Below, in pieces: positions 28,857 to 40,400 of a DNA stretch of 64,000 bases. The notes beneath the pieces are model-generated. The model ran no database searches. It was not told the DNA's origin and saw nothing but the letters and a program-made list of their open reading frames with translations. A program made the position numbers and the translations under genes. Positions within the stretch are counted from its first letter, which is position 1. The number at the start of each line of letters is the position of its first letter. This stretch comes from an uncultured candidate division Zixibacteria bacterium (lineage in GTDB: Bacteria > Zixibacteria > MSB-5A5 > UBA10806), in the NCBI GenBank assembly GCA_963801605.1, contig CAWDFP010000006.1, forward strand, positions 1,312,001 to 1,376,000, read 5' to 3'.

Positions 28857-29148
28857 GCTTTAGAGTCCCTGATAATATTTATAAGTTATTATTTATTAGT
28901 TGTTTATAATCTAATTCTTCATGGATTAAGTGGGTAAAAAATATTCGTATGCAATAAAATGCATATTAGTGTATGAAACGTGACCAATACATGAAGGATT
29001 TTTATATCGATTATGGTGTTAATTTGAGCCCTTTTTGATGTCTCTAACAAGGGTGAAGTCAATTGTTTCTATTGACTGGCGTGCTATGTCCAGATTATAT
29101 TTCCTTCGATGGTAATAATTGAAAAAATTTTTACCCTGAGGATTCAAG

Positions 29149-29842
29149 ATGAAAAATTCGCGTATGCTCCTGGTCTGTATCGGGCTCAGTGTTATAATTC
29201 TGCCATTAATTTTTATAACCTGCAGTAGCAACAGTACGACCAGCCCGGCGTTGGTTCCGACGGTGCCATCGCAGCTTAACGGCAGCGCGATAACATCGAG
29301 CTCGGCGATCCTATATTGGCAGGATAATTCCGATAACGAGAATGGATTTGATCTGTTTCGCCATCCTGTGGAAAATCAATTCTGGACCAGGGTGGTTCGC
29401 CTGCCGGCCAATACAGATTCATATATTGATACCGCTTTGACGGACAGTAGCGCCTATACTTATTATGTGCGGGCTTTCAATACTGCCGGTAATTCAACCG
29501 CCAGCGCTACATTTACATTGACTACCTTTGCGATCGGTCTGCCGCCTGACGCACCCCGCAATCAAATCCCCTGGAACGGCGTTGATTCCGTTTTAATTAA
29601 TCAATTATTTAGTTGGGAATGCGTTCGATCCCGACGGCGACCCCCTGACTTTCGATATAAAACTTGGACGGGATACGATTCCCGATATTATCCGCACCAG
29701 TTGGCCCTACGACACGCTCAGCCACCCGCTCAGCCAGCCTCTCAGCCCCAATACCACTTACTATTGGCAAGTGATTGCCAAGGATACGCACAAGCATCAG
29801 ACACCCAGCCCGCGATGGTATTTCACGACCGGAGATCATTAA
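29149..29842 (+). CDS. Fibronectin type III lipoprotein, frameshift near 29625
   Basis: WQDNSDNENGF Fn3; the shifted frame gives DPDGDPLTFD..TTYYWQVIAKD..WYFTT, matching paralog 49883-51130. Confidence 0.75.
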
Positions 29843-29862
29843 AATAGTTAAATCGTAAATTC

Positions 29863-29900
29863 GGCGGCGTTAGGCAAACCCTGACGCCGCCTATTATTTT
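29863..29900 (+). terminator. Intrinsic terminator
   Basis: GGCGGCGTTAGG-CAAAC-CCTGACGCCGCC-TATTATTTT. Confidence 0.7.
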
Positions 29901-29903
29901 GAT

Positions 29904-29932
29904 TTGACAGCGGGTCCATTTTCAGTTATGCT
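29904..29932 (+). promoter_or_regulatory. Sigma70-type promoter
   Basis: TTGACA-N17-TATGCT. Confidence 0.6.
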
Positions 29933-29956
29933 GTTAATGCGGAAAGGAATTCCTTA

Positions 29957-30719
29957 ATGCCCCAACAAATCAGAATGAGAATTTTGTTTTTTAGCGTAAT
30001 TTGTTATTTCATTTTAATAATCCCGCCAGGGAGTATTGCCGGCGCGGGAACCCCCAACCGTTTTTTGATATCATTCAGCGGCGATTGGGCCAACTACAAT
30101 ATGAAAGGAATGGCCGGGACCAGCTACTACTGGCGGCAGTATTCTACAGGAATCACCTTCGATCAAACATATCGTGAACGGATATCGGGGGGGCCGGGCT
30201 TTTCAGTTGAATTGGCTTATCGCCTGACCGATAGATTCTCATGCGGAATCGGAGCGATATATCAGATTCCTCGCCATATTGACTATTCTCTGGACAGGTA
30301 TGCATTTATGGATGATTATTATTACTTGTCCGATCAACCCGAATTTCGCTTGATTGGAGCGAAATTGTTTGCGCCGAATATTATATTGGGATATCGCCTG
30401 CCATTAAAGGATATAACGTTAAATTTCTCGACAAAGGTAGCTTGGCTTTTGGGATCTGCTGAACATGACCAGCCGATATATTATACCGTTTGGCGCAAAC
30501 GAAGATATGAGATGGCGCTTCACTGCCGGGGGAGTGGGGTATATTTTTAACACTGGATTGTCGCACAGGCTAACTAAGACGCTTTATATAAAATCCGATT
30601 TGGGCTACCGATTCTTAAAAACAAATGAACTCAAGGATAAGGACGGCAACAAGTGGAGCGGTATGCGGCTTGATTTCAGCGGACCGTTTGTCGGGGCGGG
30701 ATTTGAATTTGGTTTATAA
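29957..30719 (+). CDS. Outer-membrane beta-barrel protein, one frameshift near 30490
   Basis: Two overlapping ORFs join; C-terminus GYRFL..LDFSGPFVGAGFEFGL. Confidence 0.7.
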
Positions 30720-30732
30720 GAGGCGGTAGATA

Positions 30733-31467
30733 ATGGCAGGGTCAGGCAGAAGCGGTGTAATCCTATTATCGGCGATCGCCGTAATGCTGTTGGTTACTCC
30801 GGCATATCGCCTGGAATTCGCATTCGCCGAATATATCGAATACCGGTTTTCATATTGGCGTGAACGGAGGCTGGGGGCATTTCAATCTGGGCGATCTCAA
30901 CGAATATCCAATGTGTTTATCGGTAGAAAAACTAATAACGGACTAAACCTGAGTATTGATGGTACTTATTTTTTATCGGGGAAGTTTGCTCTTGCTGTTG
31001 GGATTAACTATATGTCCAGTAGCGTCAGGGGCGATTTTCGGTCGCCGTATCCCTCGGATAATAACATGGTTTTGTATACCTATTCACAGAATATTAAAGC
31101 CTATGCGCCCTATCTTGGGATTAGATATTATTTCCCGCTGGCCCATGTTGATTATTTCCTCTCAGCCGATCAGATATTAGGTTTTGGCAAGGTACACACA
31201 AAATATCTTCGTTCGGATGTTAGAATAAACTCCGATAGGAATTATACTGGGATCGGCATTGGAATCTCTGGTTCGGGCGGACTACACAAAAGTTTCGATA
31301 GACATTTCGGCTTGAATATCGAAGTGGGATATAGATATTTAGTAACCGGTGATCTGCTCGATAGCAATGACCAGCCATTGGCGGCATCCCAGGGGTCTAA
31401 CAGAAATGCCATTCTCGATCTCTCAGGCCCCTTTGCATCCATTGGGATTTCGTTTAAACTGTTTTGA
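30733..31467 (+). CDS. Outer-membrane beta-barrel protein, tandem paralog
   Basis: GYRYL..LDLSGPFASIGISFKLF terminus. Confidence 0.7.
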   Translation: MAGSGRSGVILLSAIAVMLLVTPAYRLEFAFAEYIEYRFSYWRERRLGAFQSGRSQRISNVFIGRKTNNGLNLSIDGTYFLSGKFALAVGINYMSSSVRGDFRSPYPSDNNMVLYTYSQNIKAYAPYLGIRYYFPLAHVDYFLSADQILGFGKVHTKYLRSDVRINSDRNYTGIGIGISGSGGLHKSFDRHFGLNIEVGYRYLVTGDLLDSNDQPLAASQGSNRNAILDLSGPFASIGISFKLF

Positions 31468-31499
31468 GCCGTTTTAAAACTATATCCGTTGAGGTTTAA

Positions 31500-31787
31500 A
31501 TGAGAAAGATTATTCTACTCTCTTTAGTTTTCGCCGCCTGCGTTCTGCTGCAATGCAGTGATCAAGGCGCCAAAGTTATTAAAGGACAGGGCACTATTCA
31601 TCTGTCGGTGGTGGAATGTTATGTTATCGATATGGACCATGGCGAGAGATACGAACCCCGCAACTTGTCCCCGGAGTTCATGCAATCAGGTTTGCGGGTT
31701 CGGATCATTGCCAGGATAGCAGAGAATCAGGTAAGCATTTGCCAGACCGGCGACATTATCGAATTAATCGAAATTCATCGGCTTTAA
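31500..31787 (+). CDS. Small lipoprotein, paralog of 8441-8743
   Basis: CSDQGA..G.G.I..C..I.MD.G.RY..F.Q.GLRVRI.A shared between the two. Confidence 0.75.
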   Translation: MRKIILLSLVFAACVLLQCSDQGAKVIKGQGTIHLSVVECYVIDMDHGERYEPRNLSPEFMQSGLRVRIIARIAENQVSICQTGDIIELIEIHRL

Positions 31788-31998
31788 CTTGATTAGCCGA
31801 ATATCCACTCATTTCTTTACCGCTTTGGACTGGCTAATTGCCCCTTTTTTATTCATCTTTCCATTTGACCAATTAAATATTATTATTATCTTTATGTCAT
31901 ACCAATAATGGCCGCCGGGGCCTGCCTCATATGTGACGGTCATAAAATTTATCCACCATCTGTAAGCGGTTCCAACCGGGTAGAGGAAAGAGGCGAGG

Positions 31999-32514
31999 AT
32001 GGGAGGAATCAAATTAATCCTGTTTGACTGGGGCAACACGGTGATGCGTGATTTCCGTGAATACGATGGTCCCATGCATCTCTGGCCCCAGGTTGATGTT
32101 TTGCCGGGGGTAAAAAACGCCTTATCGGCCTTAAGCCGTGACCACACTCTGGCCCTGGCCACCAACGCGGCCGAATCGTGCGAAGAGGAAATTTGGATGG
32201 CGCTTCGACGGGTCTCGCTTGACATTCTGATCGACAAGGTTTATTGCCTCCGTAAAGTCGGATTCAGAAAGCCGGCGCGCCAGTTTTTCGAGTATATTTT
32301 GAAAGATATGAATTTAACTCCCTGCAATGCTGTTATGGTAGGCGATGATTTCGAATCGGATGTCCTGGGCGCTAACAGAAGCGGTATATTCGCGATCTGG
32401 CTTAATCTCGTAACCAGTGAACGCCGGGTTTCCCGTATGTACGATACAATTTACACCATGGCGGATTTACCGGGTCTTATCAATAGACGGGAAAGCGTTC
32501 CACAGGGCACCTGA
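31999..32514 (+). CDS. HAD-family hydrolase
   Basis: FDWGNT, ATN, KP, VGDDFESDV. Confidence 0.9.
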   Translation: MGGIKLILFDWGNTVMRDFREYDGPMHLWPQVDVLPGVKNALSALSRDHTLALATNAAESCEEEIWMALRRVSLDILIDKVYCLRKVGFRKPARQFFEYILKDMNLTPCNAVMVGDDFESDVLGANRSGIFAIWLNLVTSERRVSRMYDTIYTMADLPGLINRRESVPQGT

Positions 32515-32560
32515 ATTTTGTGAGAATATGAAGCTCAATGTTTGAATTGGGAGATTTGCC

Positions 32561-33106
32561 ATGAGCCAGGATGTGCCTATTCACTATGTCAGCACTCATG
32601 AAGAAGCCCGGAAGCTGGCTTTTGCTCACGATCATTTTTGGGTTTCGAACTGCGGTTGCCGTGAGGGCAATAAGGCCGGCTGCCAGCGATCCCGAATTGA
32701 TATATGCCTGATGTTCCGTAACGATATCGGTTCCAGCGGATCAGGGATTAAGGAGATCCCGTTAACCGAGGTCGTTGCCATATTCGATGAGGCAATTAAT
32801 AAAAAGCTTGTCACCCGGCCTTTTCGTAACGATACCGACAAGAGCGTTAGCGACGGTGTCTGTTTTTGCTGCGACGATTGCTGCGGTTATTTCCTGAATA
32901 AATCCGAAATTTGCGATAAGGGCAAACTGATCGAATCTACAGAGATGAAACTTTGCAATCAATGCGGTGATTGTGCAGCGATCTGTCATTTTGACGCCAG
33001 GAAGATGGTAAACGATGAACTGATGGTAACATCGACTGACTGCTATGGCTGCGGGCTATGCGTCGAATCCTGTCCGGAGAATGCCATTAGAATGGTGAAG
33101 AGATAG
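32561..33106 (+). CDS. 4Fe-4S binding protein
   Basis: CGCR, CFCCDDCC, CxxCxxCxxxC twice. Confidence 0.88.
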   Translation: MSQDVPIHYVSTHEEARKLAFAHDHFWVSNCGCREGNKAGCQRSRIDICLMFRNDIGSSGSGIKEIPLTEVVAIFDEAINKKLVTRPFRNDTDKSVSDGVCFCCDDCCGYFLNKSEICDKGKLIESTEMKLCNQCGDCAAICHFDARKMVNDELMVTSTDCYGCGLCVESCPENAIRMVKR

Positions 33107-33186
33107 GCGTCCGATTCAATAAAACGTTTTTAAAGTTTGAAATTCTAAATACACTATTTTAAAAGAAATATAATCGGGAGAAGAAT

Positions 33187-33360
33187 ATGGCAAATGGATG
33201 TAGACCTGTGGCGGCCAGCACTGGAATTAGTCTCGGGACAGCCCTGGCAGTTGCTATCTCCTGGTCGGTTAACCATTCAATTCCCTGGGGTATTTTGCAC
33301 GGCTTATTCAACTGGTTTTACGTTATATATTACGCCCTTGGTTACGGCCATTCAGGTTAA
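33187..33360 (+). CDS. 57-aa membrane protein missed by the ORF track
   Basis: MANGCRPVAASTGISLGTALAVAISWSVNHSIPWGILHGLFNWFYVIYYALGYGHSG; GGGAG RBS. Confidence 0.75.
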   Translation: MANGCRPVAASTGISLGTALAVAISWSVNHSIPWGILHGLFNWFYVIYYALGYGHSG

Positions 33361-33398
33361 AACCATAATTCCCTGACAATTTAATCGAAAGGCAGGTA

Positions 33399-33608
33399 GT
33401 GATGAATACTAAGATTGTTATATTAATAATATTAGTTCTCTTAGCCTTGATCCTGATGTTCCAGAACAGAACCCCGGTCGCGATACAATTACTATTCTGG
33501 GCCGTAACAATACCCAGGATAATATTAATTGTTATGTTTCTGCTGATCGGTTTTGCCTCCGGATATATAGCCGCTACCATGAACTCAAAGAAATCGTCAA
33601 GCAGCTGA
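33399..33608 (+). CDS. LapA/DUF1049-like small membrane protein
   Basis: FQN..PV.I.LLFW...P..I motif with two TM segments. Confidence 0.75.
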   Translation: MMNTKIVILIILVLLALILMFQNRTPVAIQLLFWAVTIPRIILIVMFLLIGFASGYIAATMNSKKSSSS

Positions 33609-33751
33609 CCATTCGTTTATAATCCGTGATGCTCGATAAAAATATTAGGCCCAAAATAGATTTGCCGCGCACCCCGCTTGATCATGTCCTCGAAATCACA
33701 GCGTCGCTGGGGATATATATCTACCAAGCTCGAAAAGCGCGATAAGTAATT

Positions 33752-34450
33752 ATGATGCGTATTACAGCTTTGATATTAGCAATTGTCTCAATTACTCTTT
33801 TCTCTGGTTGTGCCAGTCTAATTGGTCTTGCCGTCGGAGCTGGTTCTGATGCGTCAACGCCATCGAAAACTCGAATTGCAAGCGCTCTGCCGCTTAAACC
33901 AGGCGCCAAAATAACTGCGATTATGAATGACAGCTCCAGTAAATCTGGAGAATATTTCGGATTCGCGGGGACGGTTTCAAACGAAGCTTCCGATTCATCC
34001 AACAATCAATTGGGTATATTGCCCGGTTTATATGAGCCTATTGCCATAATCGATACCATGGGATTAAAAGCTGATTCATATTTTGGCGGGTTCTACTATC
34101 AACGCAAAAATGAAAACTGGATCCCCTATATCGCTGTGGGCAGCCTCAATGGAATCTCCAGATTAACCTTTAGCTTAAATTCGATTCTTGAATTGAAAAG
34201 GGGAGACAAAACATTCTCCCGAAATGAGATTCTAACTGCGTTTGCGAACCAAAATATGCGGGCCTCGTCGGCTCTCCTGATTCGGGATTCAAAACGCCTA
34301 TCAGCAATCCCGCTTGCTGATATTGATCATCTTGAGGCGTCGCAAAAAAGGGATGCGGCCATTCGAGGTCTGCTGTATGGAATGGTTATCGACGTTGTTT
34401 TTTGGGTTTCGCTAAGCCTAATCGCTTTGCGCAACTGGCCGCAGGATTGA
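33752..34450 (+). CDS. Hypothetical lipoprotein
   Basis: Lipobox LFSGC, C-terminal TM segment. Confidence 0.65.
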   Translation: MMRITALILAIVSITLFSGCASLIGLAVGAGSDASTPSKTRIASALPLKPGAKITAIMNDSSSKSGEYFGFAGTVSNEASDSSNNQLGILPGLYEPIAIIDTMGLKADSYFGGFYYQRKNENWIPYIAVGSLNGISRLTFSLNSILELKRGDKTFSRNEILTAFANQNMRASSALLIRDSKRLSAIPLADIDHLEASQKRDAAIRGLLYGMVIDVVFWVSLSLIALRNWPQD

Positions 34451-34594
34451 TGATTTTCTCTTACCCCGCTTTACGACTTGTTTCCGAAAGTTAAGCTCAA
34501 GGCCTTAATTAAGTTAGGCACAATCTCTATCGCCCCATAACCTGAACTTTCCCCCAATAACATTTAAATATTCAATTAATATTTAATATTTCTC

Positions 34595-34634
34595 TTGACA
34601 ACTGCACATTAGTTCACTATCTATATTTGCAGTT
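34595..34634 (+). promoter_or_regulatory. TTGACA -35 box overlapped by an inverted repeat (possible operator)
   Basis: AACTGCACAT (34600) / ATTTGCAGTT (to 34634); -10 box unclear. Confidence 0.4.
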
Positions 34635-34715
34635 AAACAACAAAAGGACTTTTAAAAACGAAGATTACTATTTAACACTCCGAACAATAAAGAGTTACAA
34701 AGACGGGAGGATTTT

Positions 34716-34910
34716 ATGGTACGCAAAATGGAATATGACCTGTTTGCCGCTCAAAAGAAATGCCATTGCGGCCACGGGCTGGTGTATGATGGTGATCTGT
34801 TGGTATGTACCGGATGCTACAACATTTTCTGCCCCAGTTGTTTCAATACTGCCATTTCCGAGGGTGGCTGTTTCGCTTGTCCAAGCTGCGGTTGGAGCGC
34901 CTGCGCCTGA
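34716..34910 (+). CDS. Small Cys-rich zinc-finger-like protein
   Basis: CHCGH, CTGC, CPSC, CFACPSC in 64 aa; GGGAGG RBS. Confidence 0.75.
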   Translation: MVRKMEYDLFAAQKKCHCGHGLVYDGDLLVCTGCYNIFCPSCFNTAISEGGCFACPSCGWSACA

Positions 34911-34919
34911 AGATAGCGC

Positions 34920-37477
34920 ATGAAAGTTGATGCTCTTTCCCGGTATGGCCTTCCCGGCCAGATCATAAAACGATGGAGTCTCGCCGGTATCCGCTTTCTT
35001 CTGCCGATTCAATCGGAATCGGTCACGAGATTCGGCTTACTCGATAGTAAAAGCCTGATCATATCGGGCCCGGGAACATCGGGGAAAACCTTTTGCGGCG
35101 AACTGGCGGTGCTATCCAGAACCGCGGATCGTCAGAAAGGGGTTTTTCTCGAACCTCTTAAGGCTGTCGCCGAGGAAAAGTATAAAACCTTTGTCGACCG
35201 ATACTCATCGCTTGGTATCGCCGTAAAACTCGCCACCAGAGACCATAGCGTTCATGATCATGATATCTATCGCCATAAATTCGATATCGGGATTTTTATC
35301 TACGAGAAATTTAATTCGCTGACAGCCACCGATATTTCTCTCATAAAGGGCGTTTCCTGCTTTGTGCTCGATGAGTTTCAAATGATTTCAGATCCCAAAC
35401 GAGGCATAGAGTTCGAGCTGGCGGTTATGAAAATAAGAGCATTCAATCCGCAAGCGCAGATAGTGGTCCTTTTGGGAGGAGGGTCTGCTCCTGATAAGAT
35501 CGCCGCCTGGCTAAACATTCCGCTGCTGGAGGAAAACCGTCGGCCGGTAGATCTCCGGCTGGGGATACTGCACCGGGGCACCTTTCATTTCCGCGAATTT
35601 AACGATCTTAGTGAGGGTGATGAGCGCTGGCTAAATCAAATTGATCCCGATGAAAACGATCTTATTTCAAATCAGAATATGGCCGCCATCAAATATCTGG
35701 CGGGGGAGAATGAGCAGATTCTGATTTTCAGTAGTTCGAAAAAAGCGCCGTGGGATTAGCCGAGTATCTGGCCAACCATCTTGCTTTGCCCGAATCAAAA
35801 GCGGCGGTGGCTGCGCTGGCGGAATGTCCTCCGTCGCTGCAAAATGAGGCCCTGGAACGCTGCCTGAGACATGGCGTGGCTTTTCATCATGCCGAGCTTG
35901 ACGAACATCAGCGCTCGCTTATCGAAAATGGTTTCCGACAGGGTGAAATCCGCATACTCTCATCGACATCTACTTTAGCGTCAGGCGTTAATCTTCCCGC
36001 CAAAAATGTCTTTATCGAATCGGTGAAATATGCCGGTATAAGGTCTTCTCATACCCGGGAGCTTGTGGCGCCGTTGACAGGCGTTGATTTTCACCAGGCG
36101 GCCGGCCGTGCGGGACGATTGGGATGCGAGAAGTCGTTCGGACGGGCCATCATGACGGCCAGTACTCCTTATGAACATGAGATTCTGTGGGATAAATATA
36201 TCTATGGGCAATCTGAAGATCCTCTTCCGGGGCTTTCTCTCGATCAGCTTCCCGAATTGCTATTGCATGCTATCTCCTGCGGCGCCGCCGGCAAGCCCGA
36301 TGAAGCTGAGATGGTCTGTCGCCAGACTTACGCATCTTCGCTTGATGCCCTGGATATCGATCTCCGGGGGCGTGTCAACGATGTGCTGCTTTATCTCGAT
36401 AAAGGCGGCCTGATCACCATCAAAAGCTGGGGGAAAATTGAGGCTACGAAATTTGGATTGGCGGCCGGCGCAACCGGATTAAGCGTCAAATCGACAATCG
36501 ATATTTGGGAATGGCTGGTCTCAAAGAATACTCCCTCGCCTTTGGAATGCCTCCTTTTAGCCACAAGGCTTGGTGAATGGAAATCTGAGGTCACCGGTTA
36601 TTATCTTCCGAATGTATCACCGGAAATGTTAATAATGAGGATCGAAGAAATTCTGAGGGCGGACGAGCCAGATATTTACGCCAATCTTCTCAGCGCACTT
36701 CAGGAATATCACGATCTCAAACTTAAACCGTCTTTGGCGGCCTTTTTGTTCGCTCTCGAATGGAGTACCGGCAAATCGACTCGGGAGCTTGAAGCGACTT
36801 TCCAGAAGGGAGCAGGCGGCCTGAAACGCGATTCGTCAACTCTGTGCTGGCTTTTACGGGCCTTTGAAAGGATAGCGCGCTCCATCGGCCCTGCTGTGGT
36901 TGGAGATAACGAGGCGATCTCTGGCTTGGAACTTTTAATGGAACAGCTGCATTTCGGAGTTCCCAAATATATGCTTCCCCTTTCAAAAGCAATCGGATTG
37001 GATCGGGAGTTTATTCGCAGATTGTATGAAAACGGGATAATTTCGCCGGATCATTTGTATCAAACGAGCATCGGAACACTTAATTCGATTCTTCCTCCAT
37101 CAGCGGTTAAACTGATTGAAAAATGGCGGGACAAATTTATAACATCGTATCAACCAAATGTAGTGTCTGTAAAACCAAAAGATGCGAGATTAAAATTCAC
37201 CGGAAATACCAGCAAACTCAAAAACGAAGTCATAATTGATGGCCATTCAGTCTATTTGGAGGAACGGCTGTTCAACTACCTTCAAAAACTTTGGTGGGGA
37301 TTTATAGATAATAAGCCCTGGGTGCATAAAGACATATTCGATGCCGGCCCCAATCAGGCCAAATATATCAGCCGCCTCAGACGAATTTTACGAGAAAATA
37401 ATATTTCTATCGAAATTTTATCAGATGGTCGCGGCAGCTATGCGCTGGAAATGGGAGATGATTCCCACGTCGGCTAA
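34920..37477 (+). CDS. Ski2/Hel308-like SF2 helicase with C-terminal winged-helix-like domain; frameshift in the A-run near 35740
   Basis: Q motif LPIQ, SGKT, PLKAVAEEK, DEFQ, RPVDL, GVAFHHA, STLASGVNLPA, QAAGRAGR. Confidence 0.85.
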
Positions 37478-40400
37478 TAATTATATGGTCCCCGCAGGCC
37501 GCCGCGCGAGGATTCAAGCTTGATATCGGGCAGAGTTTTGATACTTATACGGGCATAATATCCGGCAACCGCTCCGGTGGGGATCCAGGTAAAGGTAAAT
37601 TGCCAGCAGTGAAGATCGCGTCCGATGTTGAACGATTGAGATTCGATCCGCTTATTGACCATATTATAACGGCAATCGTATTCGATACGCCAGCCGAGAG
37701 TGGGTTGAATCTGAGTCCCCAGATTTATCCATTGAGTTTTTTGAGTGTTGCCGGCGCCTCGGCTCTCCGAATAATTGTGAGATAAAACGAAATCTATTCC
37801 CAGGCTGGTTGGTTCGGATGGCCCGGTTGCCTTAGCCCCGAACGTAGCCTTTTGGGATATATCTTTTTCATCATCGCCCTTTTTCCCTCCACTGCCGGGA
37901 TGATACCCTCCCTTTATGCTCGTAGAAATCGATAACGATGTTAGCCGTGGCTGCAACAGAGGCCGCCGGTGAGCGCTGTTTAGGTCATAGAAAGAGTGAA
38001 CGGAGTTAAAGGAAATATCGAGATTGGGAATTGCCGATGTTCTTAGAGATGTAATCAGCGGGCTGAATTGTAAGCTGTCGACCGCAAAATTATAGCTGCC
38101 GGAAAAGGAAAGGTTGAATAGATCGATTTTCTTTTCCGCTTCGCCCGCTTTGTACTTTGCCTGGAATAAATTCGTAAGGGAATATCCCAGTGATTTCGAT
38201 CTGGTGGAGCCGCTTCCGCCGCCGACATATCGGAAATAGCTCTGGTTTTTCCTGATGGACGGCGTGAACGAATAACTAACCGCTGGTGTCATCACATGTC
38301 TGATGCCGAGCAGCCCGAATCTATTCGGATAGACTGTGCCGTAAATCGAGGTGTTGGCTCCAACGCTGAGACTGTACAGCATTCGTTCCACGAATTTGCC
38401 GGTAGCCAGCCCCAGGCTGTCCGCTAATGGGCTGGCGCTCAGCCGCACCAGTGAATGAGTCCCGCTTATTCCGGGAGTCACAGTCAAAAATCCGATCAGC
38501 TTTAGCGGGCTGGAAAGCGACGACGATGTATTTATCGTTTGGTAATCCTTACGGTAAAACGTGGAATCGGGATTCCTGAACCGTTGCCTGAGATTCTGAC
38601 CGGAGCTTCTGATATCAAAGTATATTGAATGATAGAATCGTTTCTTCGGCTCCTCGATCTGCTCGTCGGGCCTGACTCTTGTTTTCCTTTTTGCTTTGGA
38701 TGGGTCGCCAAAGAGCGGTAAACGGGATCGGGAGATGGAAAATGACGGCAGAAGCTCGGTTTTCTCATCGGTATCGAGATTCCAATCCTGGCGGGCTTCG
38801 ATCACCATCGAGATTGACTGCTTTGGCCAGCTCTTGTTAAAGCTGAAATCGGATGAAACCGTACGGTTCAAGCGCGCCACTGGATCGTAAACATTTTGAT
38901 TAATATAATTTTTGTCGGAAATGAAAGTGCCCGAGCCTCCCAGTGAAGTCGTTTGATTTATTGTCTGGTTATGTGAGAAGCTGAACATCCAGCGATTACG
39001 TTTGTTCTGCACGAAACGGGTGAGATCCCAACTACCTTCGCGCGAATAATTTACCGAAACGGTACCGGCCAGCTTATAGCGAAGCGCATATTGAAGCCTC
39101 CCGTTAATAATGGTGCTGGTATTTTCGGTAAAATCGAGGCTGCCCTGCAGATCGTAATAGTCGGAGGCTGCCCAATAATAGCCGAGATTTCTTATAAAGC
39201 GGTTGCCGCTTTGTAAATTGCCAAGCTCAAATGGAAGAAACCCGGAATGCCGTCCCTTGCGAATTGGGAAAACATAAAAAGGAACTGCAAAGACCGGAAG
39301 ATCACCGATATACAAAAAAACCGGTTTGGCAATTACTTTGTTTTTATTTATCATCTTCATTCTATTGCTATGAAAATGATAATGCGGATCAGGTTCTTTG
39401 TCGCAGGATGTGTAATTGCCCTGAGATACCAGCAGAACATCCTGCGATACCTGTCTCAACGCCTGGCCCGAATAAAATCCACCCTCGTACTTGGTGCGGG
39501 CCATTCGGACCTGCCCTTTTCTGGTATCGATGTTATACGACATTTTTTCGCCGACGAGCTCTTCGGTCCCTTGCTTGAGTACCGGCGCCTGATTTTCGCC
39601 TCCGGTGGTGTCGGTCCCCAGGCCCTCGGCGATTAATATTCTGGTTTTTGTATCGTAGCTTATCATGCCCGATGTCAGGGCCATATCGTGATAATGCATT
39701 GAACCGTTGCGATTGAGATCGATCTGGTTCTTATCGAAACTGTAATCGATCTCGTCAGCGGAATACTTGGTGGTATCGAAATATCCTTTACCATCATTTC
39801 CGAATTTTGGCTCGATAAATTCGCCCTGCGCCCCGCCCGCGATAAACACTCTTTTAATCGCTGAATTTTCGAAAAATAGAGTGATTGAATCTCCCGACGC
39901 CACGTTGGTGCCATGAACCACTGTATCGGTAATGGCCGGGGAGTAACGGCTGGTGGCATTGTAGCGGGTTATCATCTGCTGAATTTTGTCATTGGCGAAA
40001 AACGCCTCAAGTTCTCGGCCCGCTATTTCGGCGGTCGTATATTCCTTTATCGCTGTGTCCGGCAGGGCTTTATAAATCGCCTTGGCATCACCCCGTACCA
40101 TAAGTTTGTTCAGCCTGCGATTATCTGTAAATATGGAAATTGTATCGCCGGAAAGTTGATTCTGTCCGTTTACGATCACCGGTTTCTTAATAAGCACCGC
40201 CCGTTCCGGATTTCGATAAAAGTCGGCCTGGCCGGCATGAGCCACCATATCGCGTTTTACAATTTGAACTGAATCGTAAGCGGTACCGTGCGCGTCAGTA
40301 CCGAAATAGGTCATCTTAAGCGCATCGATCACCATTCGCGATGTATCATCGGATGGATTCAACACCAACTTGGGAAAACCTGAGGCGTCGAGTTGCTTGC

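Noticed and set aside
34604..34615. LexA-like GCAC-N4-GTTC box before the helicase operon
   Set aside because: One mismatch in a short motif, and the LexA box of this lineage is unknown to me
35735..35760. Programmed frameshift in the helicase
   Set aside because: An A-run indel is the simpler explanation given similar breaks in ftsK and rimO
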